A stretch of DNA of 63,250 nucleotides, filler included, from Reticulomyxa filosa (GCA_000512085.1; 11 parts of 11 records of this genome joined end to end with filler, not necessarily neighbours in it), one strand, 5' to 3'. Counted from the first letter of the whole stretch, positions 40,041 to 53,856 are shown. Notes: generated from the letters alone by a model not told the origin. Translations and numbers: made by a program.

Positions 40041-40434
40041 GTTGTCCACTGCTGAAGATTCGCTTTTTTAAAAACGCAACTGTTTCCCCAAAAAAAAGGC
40101 AAAGAACGCCTGTTGTAGTTGTTCTTATTAGTTAACGTACAGTTACAAAGATATACAAAATTTTCAGTATAAACAATTGTACTTTCGCTTTTTGGCTAGG
40201 CTTTTCCATATTTTCAAATGAATATCTTTTTAATTTGTCATTGAAATTTACTTCATATACCTTGTTTAAATTTCAAAAAAATATGAACAATAGCAAGTTT
40301 CCATTTTATAAAAAAAGAGTGAAAAACATTTTAAACTAGTTTTCCCTCTTTTAAAAAATTCTTCCTTTGTTCTTTGGGTTGTTGTTACAAAGTGTTTGGT
40401 TGTTCCAATAAATACAAAAACAAAATCACTTAAA

Positions 40435-41337
40435 ATGTTTGAATGCACATTAATTCAAGGAGAATTGTTCCGCAAGTTGATAGTGTCAATTCAGGACTTG
40501 GTTCAAGACGGGAACTTTATGTGTGATTCGAACGGAATTTCGCTGCAAGGGATGGACAGCAGCCACGTGGCACTGGTCGCCATGGCATTGAAAAAAGAAG
40601 GATTTGCGGACTACCGATGTGACCGAGATGTAACATTGGGAATAAACTTTGCGAATTTGGGCAAAATATTGAAATGTATGGGATCCAAAGATCGTTTGTC
40701 CATTCGAGCTCAGGAAGAAGGTGACAGTGCATTGTTCGTATTTGAAAGTGAAGATAGCAATCGAATGAGCAATTTTGAACTGAAATTGATGCAAATCGAT
40801 CAAGAGCAATTAGGCGTTCCGGAAACACAATACAAAGCTGTTATTCGAATGCCAAGCTCTGAACTTCAACGAATTTGCAAAGATTTGTCTGCCATTGGAG
40901 ACACCGTGTCGATCAGTGCCACCAAAGAAGGAATTAAATTCAGCGTTGGAGGTTACAAATAACACTTTTTTTTGGAAAACACTTTTTTTTGATGAGTTTG
41001 GCAAAAGTAAAGTCCGACGTGTCAGCGTTTTTACTGAATTTTGTTTGTCGGGAATTGAAAAATAGGCGATATCGGTAGTGGTGATATGACATTGCGACAG
41101 AGTGACAGTGGAGAAGTTGATGGTGACGATAGTGAGAAAATAATGATTGAGTTGGAAGAACCGGTCCAGCAAAACTTTGCCTTGCGTTATCTTAACAACT
41201 TCACAAAAGCTTCTTCTTTGAGTTCAATGGTGACTTTGTCCTTGGGTACGGATATGCCTTTGGTGATTGAATACAAAATGGACAACCTTGGCTATATCAG
41301 ATACTATTTGGCTCCCAAAATTGATGACGAAGCTTAA
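40435..41337 (+). CDS. PCNA: Proliferating cell nuclear antigen (2 exons)
   Basis: LQGMDSSHVALV, YRCDR, QLGVPE, ICKDLS, FALRYLNNFTKA, YYLAPKI. Confidence 0.98.
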
Positions 41338-42851
41338 ACACTTGTTTTTGATCACAAATCGAACAAACAGTTATCGATGAGTAATAAAAGATTCGGTTTA
41401 TAACTGCAAGGGAGGAAAAATAAAAACAAAGTGTTGCACGTTTTTTTTTCGTTGATGGATGTGTAGGATTTTCAACACATTTGTTATTTAATTTAATCAA
41501 AGTTTTATTTTGACTTTTTTCGCCTTCTCAGAAGGCACGAATCGTGCTAATTCTTTTAACAAATTTTATTTAGGCTAGGTGGAATAAACATGTTCACATT
41601 ATAATGGTGAAACTAAATTTCGAATGAAGTTAAGTGGAACTTTGCAAAAAATTTAGTGTATAAGCAGATATCTTTAACTAAGTTATTACTAGTTTAAATG
41701 TTCATACTATTTTCGCGTGCTTGGTGTGGGAAATTTTAACAAAAATAATATTTGTTTTGCTTATTTTCTTGTGTTTACTTCATTTACTCGTTTATTGAAA
41801 TATGTGGGAAAAAAAAGATATTTCATACATCTATCGATAAAATCTTAGATCGTTATCAAAATTTATTTTGTTCTTAAAAAAAACTTGAAATTCCGATCTA
41901 TTTTAACAGTATACACCACAAAGTATTTGTTTTGCATACACATAATGATACAATATTAACATATGTAGGGTAAGGCCATATCTAAGTGTTAAGCGAACAG
42001 TGAGTCCCCAGTGAGTTAAAACCTTCTTCAAAACTCACTTTTGTCTTGTTTCTTTTTACTCTTTTCTTTATTTTGTTCCAATTATTGTTGTCAATTTATT
42101 TCTTCTTTACTGAAATCGATTTCCGAGCTAAGTTCATTTCGTACACTTAGTCTAGCTCACTGTTCCTGCACACATTATATTAACTTCAACATATTGTAAT
42201 GACTATTTTTGCGCAAAAATTACATATCGTGTGTAGCAGACTTGCTTCAAAATTGTTATATTTTTCATAACAATATTAAAATTTGTTCTTTTACATTGCC
42301 TTTCTAACAACCTGCAGTTACAAAAGTCATGAAACATGAATGATATATATGAATACTTCAATTTTCTTAAAAAAATTAACACTTTAAAATTTTAAAAATT
42401 TACATAAATCTTCGGTGGTTCAAAATATATTTTACTTTTTTGTCACTTACAAATATTTTATTTTTTCTTGTTTATTTTTACGAATTTTTTATATATTAAT
42501 TTTAACTTTTTAATGTATTTTAGTTTATCGTTGTCGTTGAATATTGCTTTTTTTAAATATTGTTTGCGTAGACCATCATTTTTGCTTAGTTATTTACTTT
42601 TTTTGGCGGTCATAATATTTTCCACTTAAATTTTCTTGAGCCAAACATTGCCTGTTACCAGATCGAACAGCTAGAATATTCATTATAGATACCTGGATAA
42701 CTTTGCTGTCTGAATTCTGGCTGTAACTTATTGTTATTTTTGACAGCGTACCAAAAAAATAAAAATCATATTTTGTGAGAATTGTCCTCGTGCAGTACTT
42801 TTAAGAAAGGGTATAAAGTTTGAAAAATTCAATAATCAATTGGAAGTGATA

Positions 42852-45800
42852 ATGTGGCCATTCAACAATAAAGATAAGAAATTAGAGCAATTCTCTTCTG
42901 ATAAATGTGATGCAAAAACACGGTTCAAGGCATTAATTTCAATTCAAAGTTCGATCAGCAAAAAACTCGTTTTTTTTGTTTAACAAAAGCATAAGACGGA
43001 TATGTATTTCTTGAGCACCGTGAAAAGGTCTTTTACAAAAGAAAGAAAAAAAAAATACACGTAGAGGATAGTGGAAACAATGCTGAGCGTAAAAAGTGGC
43101 ACGAAGCAAATTGTCGCCAGGTATTTAATGTGTGTCGAAGCGCTTTAGAGGAATATGCAAAGAATCCATCAAAGAAAGGTGTCACTCTGAGCATTTTTTT
43201 TTTTTTTTTAACAAAGAGGGGAGGAGGGGTGCGTGTATGGAACATATGCATATTGATGCAATATATTCAAACTAGCATATTCTTCATTAAAAAAAAAAAA
43301 AATCCTTTTTTTTTTGTTTTGTTGTAACAAAAGATACGAACTTTGAAGATCCACAACGAGTGTGCGATATAATAAACTGCTTGACAACACTTTGCCAAGA
43401 CATTGCAGAGTTGTTAGCACAAAAATGGAATGTGAACGCAAATACGGAATTGCTGACGAAACTGTTGCACTATCAAACGAATGAGCAAATCCGCTACGAT
43501 GCCATTACACTGGCATTTGTGATTATCAATGGCTGCAAAGACAAAGCTGCGCCCAAATATGTGCAATTACTAAAACACGCCATCGATTTTACATGCTTTT
43601 GCACCGAAGGTGGCTTTATCCAATATGAAAAGAATTTCAAGCAATATTTGATCATTTGTATGTGGTCATGACAGAGCAATTACATTCTTTTTTTCTTTTT
43701 TTTTTTTCCACACACAAGCCCCCCCCCCCTTCCTTGCCCCTTTTTTTTTCTCTTTGTCCATGTTTTGTGCTACGCTGATAAGAAAATTGATGCAAGCAAA
43801 TAATGAATAATGAAACACAATGAAAAGCACCAGAACCAATTCCATGGACTCGAAAGGGACGCTCGAATCAACAGCACGCTCTGAAATTGCTAAAGAGGAT
43901 ACTCGAGTTAGCACTACAGAGTAGCGATTTTGATTTCTGGTATGGATTTTTGGTCGACCATATCTATCCGCAACTGTTCCATCAGTGCACTTACGATTAC
44001 CAACATCTCGTCTTTAACTCCAAAGACGACGATGAGAAAGCAAGTTTTGTCTTTTTATTTTTTAACAATACAAAAAAAAAAAAAAGAAGAGGTGGAGGAG
44101 GGGGGTTGTTGGATAGGTCCAGGTAAGAGTTTTTTTTTTTTGGAACAAAAAAATTTAAAAATAAATATGAAATGTGGACACTATTTTCGAAACGAAAACA
44201 TAAAATTAGAAGAGATAGCGAATGTCGAAGCGTTCGGCTTTGGGAGTGGCCCGCCTCCACCGGATATTTTAGCAGCGCTTGTTGAGTGGCTGTGGACAGT
44301 CATTCAGAACGAACAGAAATGGTCCAAAATATTCAAAACGGAATTGCAAATGCGCTATTTCATTGAGATTATTTACAGAACCTTTGGGTTGCCGTTGACC
44401 ATGAATAGTACCATCCTTCGAATATTGCGAAGCATTGAACTTTTTTTTTTGGTATGCGTTTTTTTTTTTTTTTTTTGTAATGTGTTATTGGTGAGAAAAA
44501 AATGATACGTTAAAAAAAAAAAAAAAAAAAGGGGGTTTAAAGTGTCGGATGAACCGAAATCAAAGTATCAAGAATATTGTCGAGAAGTCTTTGAACGAAT
44601 GGAAGTGATGTTGGAATTGGGAGTTACAAACCCCACACAATTGCAGACAAAACTCCAATTGAGTGCATTTGTAATTTATTTGTATCGCATTGCAGCAGGA
44701 CAGCCCTATGTGGATTGGGAATCCCAAACCTGGGAAGTATTGATACGTTGTCAATTATCGCCTGTGCTTAAAATTGTTCAGAGCCATACCAAAGACAAGG
44801 ATACTTTGTCCCAACTCGTCTATCCTCTGCTTCATGTATGTGTGCTCTTTCTGTACTTGTATATGTACATTTTCCTCGAAAAACAAAAAATTGTAATGGT
44901 TTTCTGCTTTCCAGTCTTTGTTTCGATCGTTGGTGTTATGTACAATTTCCGACGCGGAAACCGGTAACCGCATGTTTGAATTGATAGTGAGAAACATTGG
45001 GAAATTAATGAAGTATCCACCATTTGTTATTGTGTGGAGAGTTTTGTAAACGAGGAGGGTACATTTCATTCGTCGTTGTTGTTCACATGGAAGAGACGAT
45101 TTTGAACAAAAGGGGGGTGCATAATTTGGTTATTATTTGCCAAAGAACCAAAAAAAAAAAAAAAGAGAACTACAACAATATTTTTTATGGAATGTATATA
45201 AAAAAAAAGGAAATGGTGCGCACACTGACAGTAGAGATGCTACGAGTTCATATTGAAACAACTCTCGACGAAGAGGATGGTGATGACTCAGGAAACTCCA
45301 GTCGGCCAAAAGCACAAATTTATCGACAGTCGAATAGAACAGATAACAGCGAAGTCCCGGCATTGTTCCTGGACCGTGCTTATGCAGACTTTGACAAACA
45401 GCCGTTTGAAATTGACGATCGATGTAAAGAAATTAACGTGGATGTCTTTGACTTCAAAGTTCTTTTTTGTTTATTTTATATACATATGTATATGTATATA
45501 CGTGTTTTTGTTTTATTGCAAAGCTGATTTGACTTTAATAAAAAAAAAAAAGTGTACGTAAACAAAACAAAAAAAAATTGCACATAAAAATATTTATATA
45601 AATGTTTAAAAGAAAACGAAAAAGGATTTTGAACAAGTGTTTATGATATGGGATCGTGTGATTCATCTGTTCGGTGATCCGAGCAAGAACACAGATGACG
45701 TATCGCGCTCTTTGCATTTGGAAGGATTTACGGACGCGACGAAGCTGTTGATAATCGCGTTGTACAGTGTGCCAATGTCAAAGGCACGACGAGTGAAAGA

Positions 45801-48800
45801 GAATCTGAAACGATTGAAACAAACCACAGGGATTGGAAGTTCCACCTCGTTGCTAAGTAGTGCATCATCATCGGAACGTTCGTTGCCGGGATCGACCACC
45901 GACTTGCTGATCAGCGAGAAACGCGAATACGGGTTTTCGTTCTCCACCATTCCAATTCATATCGACATCAATGATTTGGAACATGTCAATCCAGCAATTT
46001 TCGATGTGTTGCCATTGCCACCTCGTCACTTGTTACCACAAGGAAACACATTGGCCCGGCTGTTCGCACCATTTCTGTTCAATTGCTGTTTCGATCTGTT
46101 GAAAAAGGAGGGATTGGAACAGCAACTTCGACAGGACGAGTTTGACACGGCCTTTCAATGTCTGGCCAATATTTTTTTCACGCCTTCGGAAGTTGCGTTT
46201 GAAAGTGAAATCTTGGCCCAATTTTACAATTTGGTTTTGAAGAGCTTGCAGGGTCCATCACTGTCGATCCGCAACATTGTCATTCGTGAGTGCGCCAAAG
46301 GCTGTCTGTTTGGAAAAAATCTCCCCGGTTCACACGTTCTGCTCTCGCCCTTTGTGGACTTGATTGATAACTGCTGCAATGCCGAAGACAAGCCCAAGAA
46401 CAACAAAACTGACATGGAGTCCAATGCCACGGAAGATATCACCGATCTGTTGACTATCGCTTCGTCGCTCATCTCCTCCGCCACGCATTTCAGCACCTGC
46501 AAAATCGTCAATTCCCAAACTAAAGCCAAAGCTAGTGGTGCCAGTGCGTGGAAATTTACCGATTTGAAACAAATCTTTCTTCAAGCTTATAAAAACGCTT
46601 CCGAAAAGCAATTGGAGGCAAAGCCTGATTTCGCAAATTTGGTCATTTCTGGGTATTTACACACATACATGAATATACAAATATGTATATATGTATATAT
46701 GTATATATGCGTGTATATATTTTTTTTAAATTATTGTTCACATTATTAAAATATATATTCATATATAAAGGTTGACACTGATAATATTTGATGAACTGGC
46801 ATCGACAAGAGACGCCAAAGTGTTGAAAACAGCGTTGCGATGCATAGTAAGCTGTACGAATCCAAAGAAACTATCGTATGGCATGTACGCAGCACGTGCG
46901 TTGGATGGACTGTCGACTGTGTGTGGACAATTGGTGGAGATTGATCAAGACCTTGTTGTCGACACCATGTTCCCGAATCTCGTGAATCACACCATGGAAT
47001 TCTTGAAGTTAACAATGGCAGCGACGGTGTCTAGAAGTCGAACCGTCTGTCAAGTCGCGTCCGATCTCATTTTCTGTCTGTTGTCTTGGATATTCAATTT
47101 CCCACCATCGCTGTTACAAAACGGAAATCTGATTGGCGGCGTCTTGGAAGTGCTTACCTATGCCTTGCAGAACCTCCACTCCGTTCCGGAGGGCAAGAAA
47201 CTTCACGAACTGCCGCAGACACAACAATTAGTAGTTAAGTAAACTGTGTTGCAATGTTCGTTGGACGAGACAACAAAAACACACCAATTGACAATTGATA
47301 TTTTAACCAATAACAAAAAGGTGCATGCTAAAACGGCAATATTGTCATTGTTTAATTATTTGAACAACTATCCATTGAAACACGATGTTGGTGCGATATC
47401 CAGTAATGCACCCGATGTAAAGTCACCACAAGGCCTGTATCTTGTGAATGGGAACCACTCGATCGTCAATGTGTGCGATGGATACGTGTCACATGAAAGG
47501 GGTCCGGAGCGAGGCGTCCGAATGGTCGTTCGTGACGACTCGGGCAAATACTGTTGGAAGTTCACCCCGTGCAGCATTCGCGCACGACTGAGTCACAAGT
47601 TGGGACAGAGCAAAGACAATGCCAATAATAACAACAACAACAATAACAATGGCGGCAAAAAGCCTTTGTCCAATGACGGCAATGTCGAGACGCAAAAAAA
47701 AAAGACCCCCATTGGCATTGAAGAATCCAAGTCCGAGATTGTTTCACGTGTCAGCGTCCATTTGGACGACAGTGACACCCATGACGAAAGGAGAGAAGAT
47801 ATTCGTTTTCAAATCGAGCACATTCATCAAAGTACCTTGGAACGATTGCAGTCGCTACGTTTTGTAATGCACACAATTTGTACATACATCTATTTAAAAA
47901 AAAGAACAGTACACACACACACACATACTTTCTCTTTCTTCTCGTCATTTTGATAATTGCGTTTAACTCTTTTTCAACAGCCACTCCACATTTGGCCCAG
48001 TATTTGAAGGACAAGCCTGCATTTGATTACGACTTGGGATCTCAGACGGATGGACTGATGCAAGTATTGCAATACATTGGTGGCAAGTTGCATGAGCCAG
48101 ACAAGTCGGATACTGCAAGAACGAACCAAACAGAACATCCACTTTCATCGACTCCCACCACTACTGATGGCCAAAACGATGATCATCGCGACACTACTAT
48201 CGAGATTCCTGACCACGTCGCATTGGAAAAGAGTAGCAACTCCAGTGATGCAAGCAAGCACAAGAGATATTCCCGATTCGGTGCTTTGCCCGCAGGAACT
48301 TTGACAGAACAAGAACGCAGTAAGCTGTTTTCACAGCTGTCGGCTCACGTAAGCAATCACATAAGGACTAACTTACATACAATATTATATACATACATAT
48401 ATACGCATGTAAATAAATAAATAAATATATATATATATGTATATGTATATATGTTTATATACATATATATATGTGACATGCTTGAAACAGGAAACGGAAG
48501 AAAAACAGTTGAATGACAAATCGAAAGCCACTCGAGATAGACAGTCGAAAAATGCGCACTCATCCGATCCGAATGTGAACAAAACAGGTGAAATAATGGA
48601 TTCGCAAACGACTCCAACAAACTCTGCCAGTAACTCACCAGTGTTAACCGGAGACTCGTTATCGCACGAGGAACATGCGACTTCACTCCACTCGGCGCAA
48701 AAGATGAATGAGTTAGACTTGGATCCTTATCCACAAGAGGCCATTACTTGTCTAAATCAATTCGACTGCAGTCGCTTCTTATTTTCCCATTTGGGCTTAC

Positions 48801-50063
48801 TCACCCCTGGCCAAGCCATTGGCGTCGGCGATTTCACCTTTTCGTTTCTCGAAACTCGAAAGCAAACGGGACAAATGGTCGCGTCCGATCGCAATGACGC
48901 TGCATTGACCCGACATACCATCAAGACAGTGTCGCGAAAGGAAATACAACAAATACGTCAGAACGTGCCACGCACTCGTTCCGATGTCGGAGCCCCGAAT
49001 ACCAGTCTTCTTTTTGAGTGGGAGAGAGTCCTTGGCAAAGTGGACTTGGAAAAGTATCAGAGCCAATTGAACGAAGAAACCCTGGGTGTTATTGCCACAC
49101 AAGAAGGTGAAACACTCAATAAACGTTTGGACTTAATGGACCGGGCTCAAAGCACTACGTATGTTTGTTTTTTTCTATTACGTGTATGTGCACTTGTTCT
49201 GAAACAATGTATATACATATATATATATATATATATGGATGGGCCCTGTGGTGATCAGACGAGAATTCCACAAAATTGGAGTAGAATTTGTTGGGCGTGA
49301 TCAAGATCAACAGCGGCTGATTTTAGGAAATAACGAAGGTAGCTATTGTTATGAAAAGTTCATTGACGACTTGGGTTGGTTGGCTGACCTAACTGTACAT
49401 GAAGGGTTTGTAGGTGGATTAGCGGTCAGTTCGACAGGTAGGTTTGCGTGCTATTATGCTACTGGGACCTATGAGATGATTTTCCATGTTGCTACACGCA
49501 TGCCTCCACGCGAGGGTGATTTGCAACATACCGAACGAAAACGACATGTGGGGAATGACCATGTCAATATTGTGTGGACTGAACACACACGTCCCTATTT
49601 GCCCGATACCATTTCCACGGATTTCAATACTGTTAACATTGTCATCTATCCTTTGCAAAATGGCCTATTTCGAATACAAATACATAAAAAAGATAACGTT
49701 GGCAATTTTGGACCATTGATCAACAATATGGTGGTTCGACAACACGTTTTGACTCCATTGGTGCGACTCACTGCTTTGGAGGCCAATCGTACTGTTCAGT
49801 TGAGTCATTAACTTGCCTTTTCTTGATTTATTTATTTTTTTTACTAAGTAAAAACACTTTGCATTATTGTATTTGATTGTTTGTTTATTCGCCGGTGTGC
49901 CATCATGGCAACCCCTTTCTAACATGACAGAACAAGAGATGTGAAATTGCGGCTGTCCTTCCGTGAGCGAAGAACAAATTTGGACGACTACTACAAGAAG
50001 TGGCAAAGAAAAGATGGCCCTTCCCTGTTGGCAGGATTCTTTCCGTCATTGATTCAAGAATAA
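42852..50063 (+). CDS. Ral GTPase-activating protein alpha-like (Rap/Ran-GAP domain), large multi-exon gene
   Basis: Helical N-terminus from ATG 42852; 'SRFLFSHLG'; GAP domain 'REFHKIGV...LGW...HEGFVGGL...EMIFHVATRMP...KRHVGNDHVNIVWTEH...IVIYPL...FGPL'; last exon ends at TAA 50061-50063. Confidence 0.85.
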
Positions 50064-50629
50064 TAGTGAAGGAGAAGGAGTCATTCGTGTGTCTTTCCTT
50101 TCAACATCTTTCGTTCGAACGTTTTGTCTTGGCTTTTGTTTTTCATTGTGATTTGATTTGTCTTTGTATTGTTAATAATGAGTATTGGAGTGAACACGCA
50201 CTTTTCATTTTGATGGTTTGTAATCACGCTATTAAAAATTTTCTCTCATCAACCTCCCTTGTTTATAACTTCAAATTCCATTTTTTTATTGATTTTTCTT
50301 TAAACAGTTCCCTCAAAAAATTATTATTGTCTTAAACATTTGCTCCGAAATATATCATGTGAGTATCGTGAGCTGTTCCTAGCACATTTTTTCTTTTTTT
50401 TTTAAAAAATGAACAATTAGAATTAATTTCGATGCAATTTTTCATTTGCTCGATTTCAGAGTTGAAACATTCTTTGATACTAGTCAGTTTAAAATTATAA
50501 TTTTATTTGCAAAAATTATTTTTTTGTGTAAGAGGGAATGGAAATTGAACTCTCAAAACAGCCAAATATTTCTATTATACCGTATTTAATTAATTAACTC
50601 CCATTCTTTGCCACAAAAAAAGAGAAATA

Positions 50630-51943
50630 ATGACTTGGAAATCGTTGACAACGAATTATGGAACAAATGAAGTGTATTTTGTAGACAACAGCATGAGTGA
50701 CTGTAAAAAGAAAAAGCATGTAGACAACGTGGTATATTTTGGTGGGGACGTGCAAGATAAATATATGAATATGATGAAGCAATATGGGAACACACAAGAA
50801 GAGCAATACGTAGCATACGATTTGGAGTCAACAGCGTCGATATTAAGCATGAAATTCCCATACAGCAAAATTGTGATAATCCGCCCGTGTGTATTCAACG
50901 CGTACATTAGCGTCTACGAAAACTTTTTGCATAAAGTGAACAAAAAAAACGGCGAAAACATTCCGACATTCAATGATATAGAATGTCAAAACAAATGCAG
51001 CCAGCATTTGTATGAGCTGTTGGATAGTTTGAATATGGTCAAATATCCCATCCATTTGATTGGGTTCAGTCGAGGTGTGGAAGTGCTGACCCAATTTTTG
51101 TACGAATTCGAGACGATTCAAAACCAGCATAAGTGTAACGGCACGATGTCATTGCTGGCCTACCATATCCACGCGTTGTATTTCTTGGACGGAGGAAACG
51201 GAAGCATTAAAGACACATTGCCAATCAAAGAAGCAATTGTTTATAATTTCCTGAAGCAATGGAGTGTCGGACAATTTGATCCACTTTTGTCGAGTGATGA
51301 TGAGGAAGACCATATGCACGACAGCGACAATGACAATGACAATGACAATGACAATGACAATGGTAATGACGATGATGATACTATTGCGAGTGATGTAGAT
51401 TCTGTTATCAGTACTGTCATTGCTACTACTCCTATCACTACTCCAACTACTCCTACGACTCCAATTACAACAAATGTCATCACTACTACTACTACTATGA
51501 TGACGACGACAACACAAACAATAACAACCACAGATGCAACTACTCCAACAATGGATACTACCACTAGTACTCCTCTTTACGCTTGCTGCACCCCTACAGT
51601 GGACAGTACCGCCTCGGACGACCTCTGTTATTGCGCAAAAGCGCGGAGATCGGAAAGGAGCTTGTGTTTCAATATTTATGGGACGAGTTATTTGTGGAAT
51701 GAGACCCGCCATCCTTGGATTAAGGAGGAAAAGGAACAGTTTGTACAATTGCTACAAAATACGAAGCAAAAGCACACACGTGTCCCCTTGCATCTCCATG
51801 TCCATCAATGGAGTGAACAAGAGCTAAATCAATCCATTGTTCAATTTCTTTCTCCCAAAAACTGTGATCGATTCATGACTCCTTTGCATCGACACTTTCA
51901 GGTTCTTCGCTTGTTTCCTGTTTGCCAACATGCTTTGAAATAA
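50630..51943 (+). CDS. C2orf69/UPF0565-family protein (alpha/beta-hydrolase-like)
   Basis: YFGGDVQD, YDLESTASIL..KFP...IIRP, YENF, LIGFSRG, YFLDGG, GTSY...PWI.EE..F, HFQVL. Confidence 0.8.
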   Translation: MTWKSLTTNYGTNEVYFVDNSMSDCKKKKHVDNVVYFGGDVQDKYMNMMKQYGNTQEEQYVAYDLESTASILSMKFPYSKIVIIRPCVFNAYISVYENFLHKVNKKNGENIPTFNDIECQNKCSQHLYELLDSLNMVKYPIHLIGFSRGVEVLTQFLYEFETIQNQHKCNGTMSLLAYHIHALYFLDGGNGSIKDTLPIKEAIVYNFLKQWSVGQFDPLLSSDDEEDHMHDSDNDNDNDNDNDNGNDDDDTIASDVDSVISTVIATTPITTPTTPTTPITTNVITTTTTMMTTTTQTITTTDATTPTMDTTTSTPLYACCTPTVDSTASDDLCYCAKARRSERSLCFNIYGTSYLWNETRHPWIKEEKEQFVQLLQNTKQKHTRVPLHLHVHQWSEQELNQSIVQFLSPKNCDRFMTPLHRHFQVLRLFPVCQHALK

Positions 51944-53856
51944 TTTATTTTTCTTCTCTCCCTTCCCTCCTCCTCTTTTTTTTTGATCCACTCTCAGCTA
52001 TACGTGCCAAAGAATAGTCACGTCTTTATTATTCTTATTGTTATTCTTATTGTTATTATTGCCAATTCGTTTGATGGCAATAATAATAGTTTGGTTTCTT
52101 TTTTTTTTTGAGTGATACTGGACAAATTCCAATAGCCCGCTCTTTGACTCTCTCTTCATTTCAATTAATTATTTGTACGTAGGCCGATAATATATGTGTG
52201 CGTACGTTATATATAAGATATATAATGTCTTCGTATATATGTTATCCTTTTCTTTTTTTGGTGTGTTTTTTTCGTTCATTTATCTCAAGCGCAACAGTTT
52301 GCTCAACCATTTAGCGTAATTTGTTTTCGACAATTTTCTTGAAGGTCTTTGTGTGTGTGCATGCATTGTTTAAAAGTTGAGTCATTTTTTAAAAAATTTA
52401 TCCGTTTTGGTTTTGGATTGTTATTGTTGCCTGAGTAGTTAGCTTTTTTTTTTTGGAGTTGGAAAGCAACAAAGGTGATATAAAAAGAAGCAGCAATAAC
52501 AAGAAAATCCTCTAGTGGAAATCTTTTTCATTTTTGAATCATTATTGTTTGTTATCCGTTAGTTTCACAATGTCTGGAGGTTTTTTTTGTTGACGAGAAT
52601 TGGGAATTATTCGTTTTTTTTTTTGGTTTTTTTGGTATGTTTCTCGTTTTTTATTTGTTTGTTTGGTTGTTGTAACCTCTCCTTTTTGGGAGAGGAGAAA
52701 AGAAGCGGTGGAGGGTTTGTTAATTTGGTGATTGGTTTAAAAATTAAGTTTGTGAAGCAACAGCGAGGTGATGCAGAGTAGTGGAAAAGGAGGAGCTGAA
52801 GCATTGAGCATGAGGAATGTGTGAAAGATTGCTCTTTTTGAAAAAGCTGCTTTTTTAATATAAATTTTGTCTTGTTTGCGAGTTGTTGCCAAAACAATCA
52901 GCTGCGAAAGATTTTGATAACTACAATTCACCAAAAAAAGATCTTCCTAAAATTAACTCCTACAAACATTGCAGTTTTATTTAAGGAAAATCAAGATTTT
53001 TTAATAATATAGGACAAAATTTATGGCACATGAAAAGTACAAACATTTAAGTATTTTTTAGTTTGTTTTAATTTTTTTGGAATTTAAAGATTTGTTTTGT
53101 TTATTTTGCATCATGATAATGCTAGATATTTTTTTAGAATTGTTGACATTTGACTTGTGATGATTCTCGACAGCTTGACCTTCGTATTAGCTATTTGACT
53201 TTTTTATGATTTGTCTGTGGGTCTTTTTACTTATTTGTTACTTTGTGTTAAAGCTTTTTGTGTTATTTGAAAAATGTCAAATTTTAAAAAGATTTAATTT
53301 TTCCAATTTTGTTATTGTATTCAATTTATTCATTTTTAATTTATGGTTTAATGTCAAAAAAAGTTTTGCTTTAAAAAACTGATATTATTGTATTTTTAGC
53401 ATTATTTTAATCAAAATACTAATGCAAAAAAAAGCAAAATTAAACGAATTACAAAAAAAACATTTATAATTAAAAATGAAACGTATTTTGAAACATTCTA
53501 GATATTTTTAAAAATATTGATAGGATCACAAGGCTACTTTATATATTCAAATCTTCTTTGCAAATAATCAATAATTGATATATTATTTGTTTTGAAATTA
53601 AACCAAAAACAATTGAATAAAGTATTACTTGAACCTCAAAAAAAATAAGCACATTGACTAATATAAATTATATTGAGAAACAAAAAAAAACTAGTTCTGT
53701 TCTTGAAAATAGCCCAATGATTGACACGAATAGCAAAAAGGAGAAATGAAAATGTACTTCTGAGAATATTTTTGTTAAGATATACCTCTTTAATCATATT
53801 GAAAAACATGGTGGTTTCATTGTGGCAATAATCGAAAAGTGTCAAATTGCATGTTT

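Noticed and set aside
44040-44046. Third GC donor (GCAAGT) in the RalGAP gene
   Set aside because: A GT donor 4 nt downstream also gives an in-frame junction; ambiguous.
50586-50597. TTAATTAATTAA without Ns upstream of the C2orf69-like gene
   Set aside because: Plausibly chance in AT-rich DNA or a residual linker; it cannot be interpreted.
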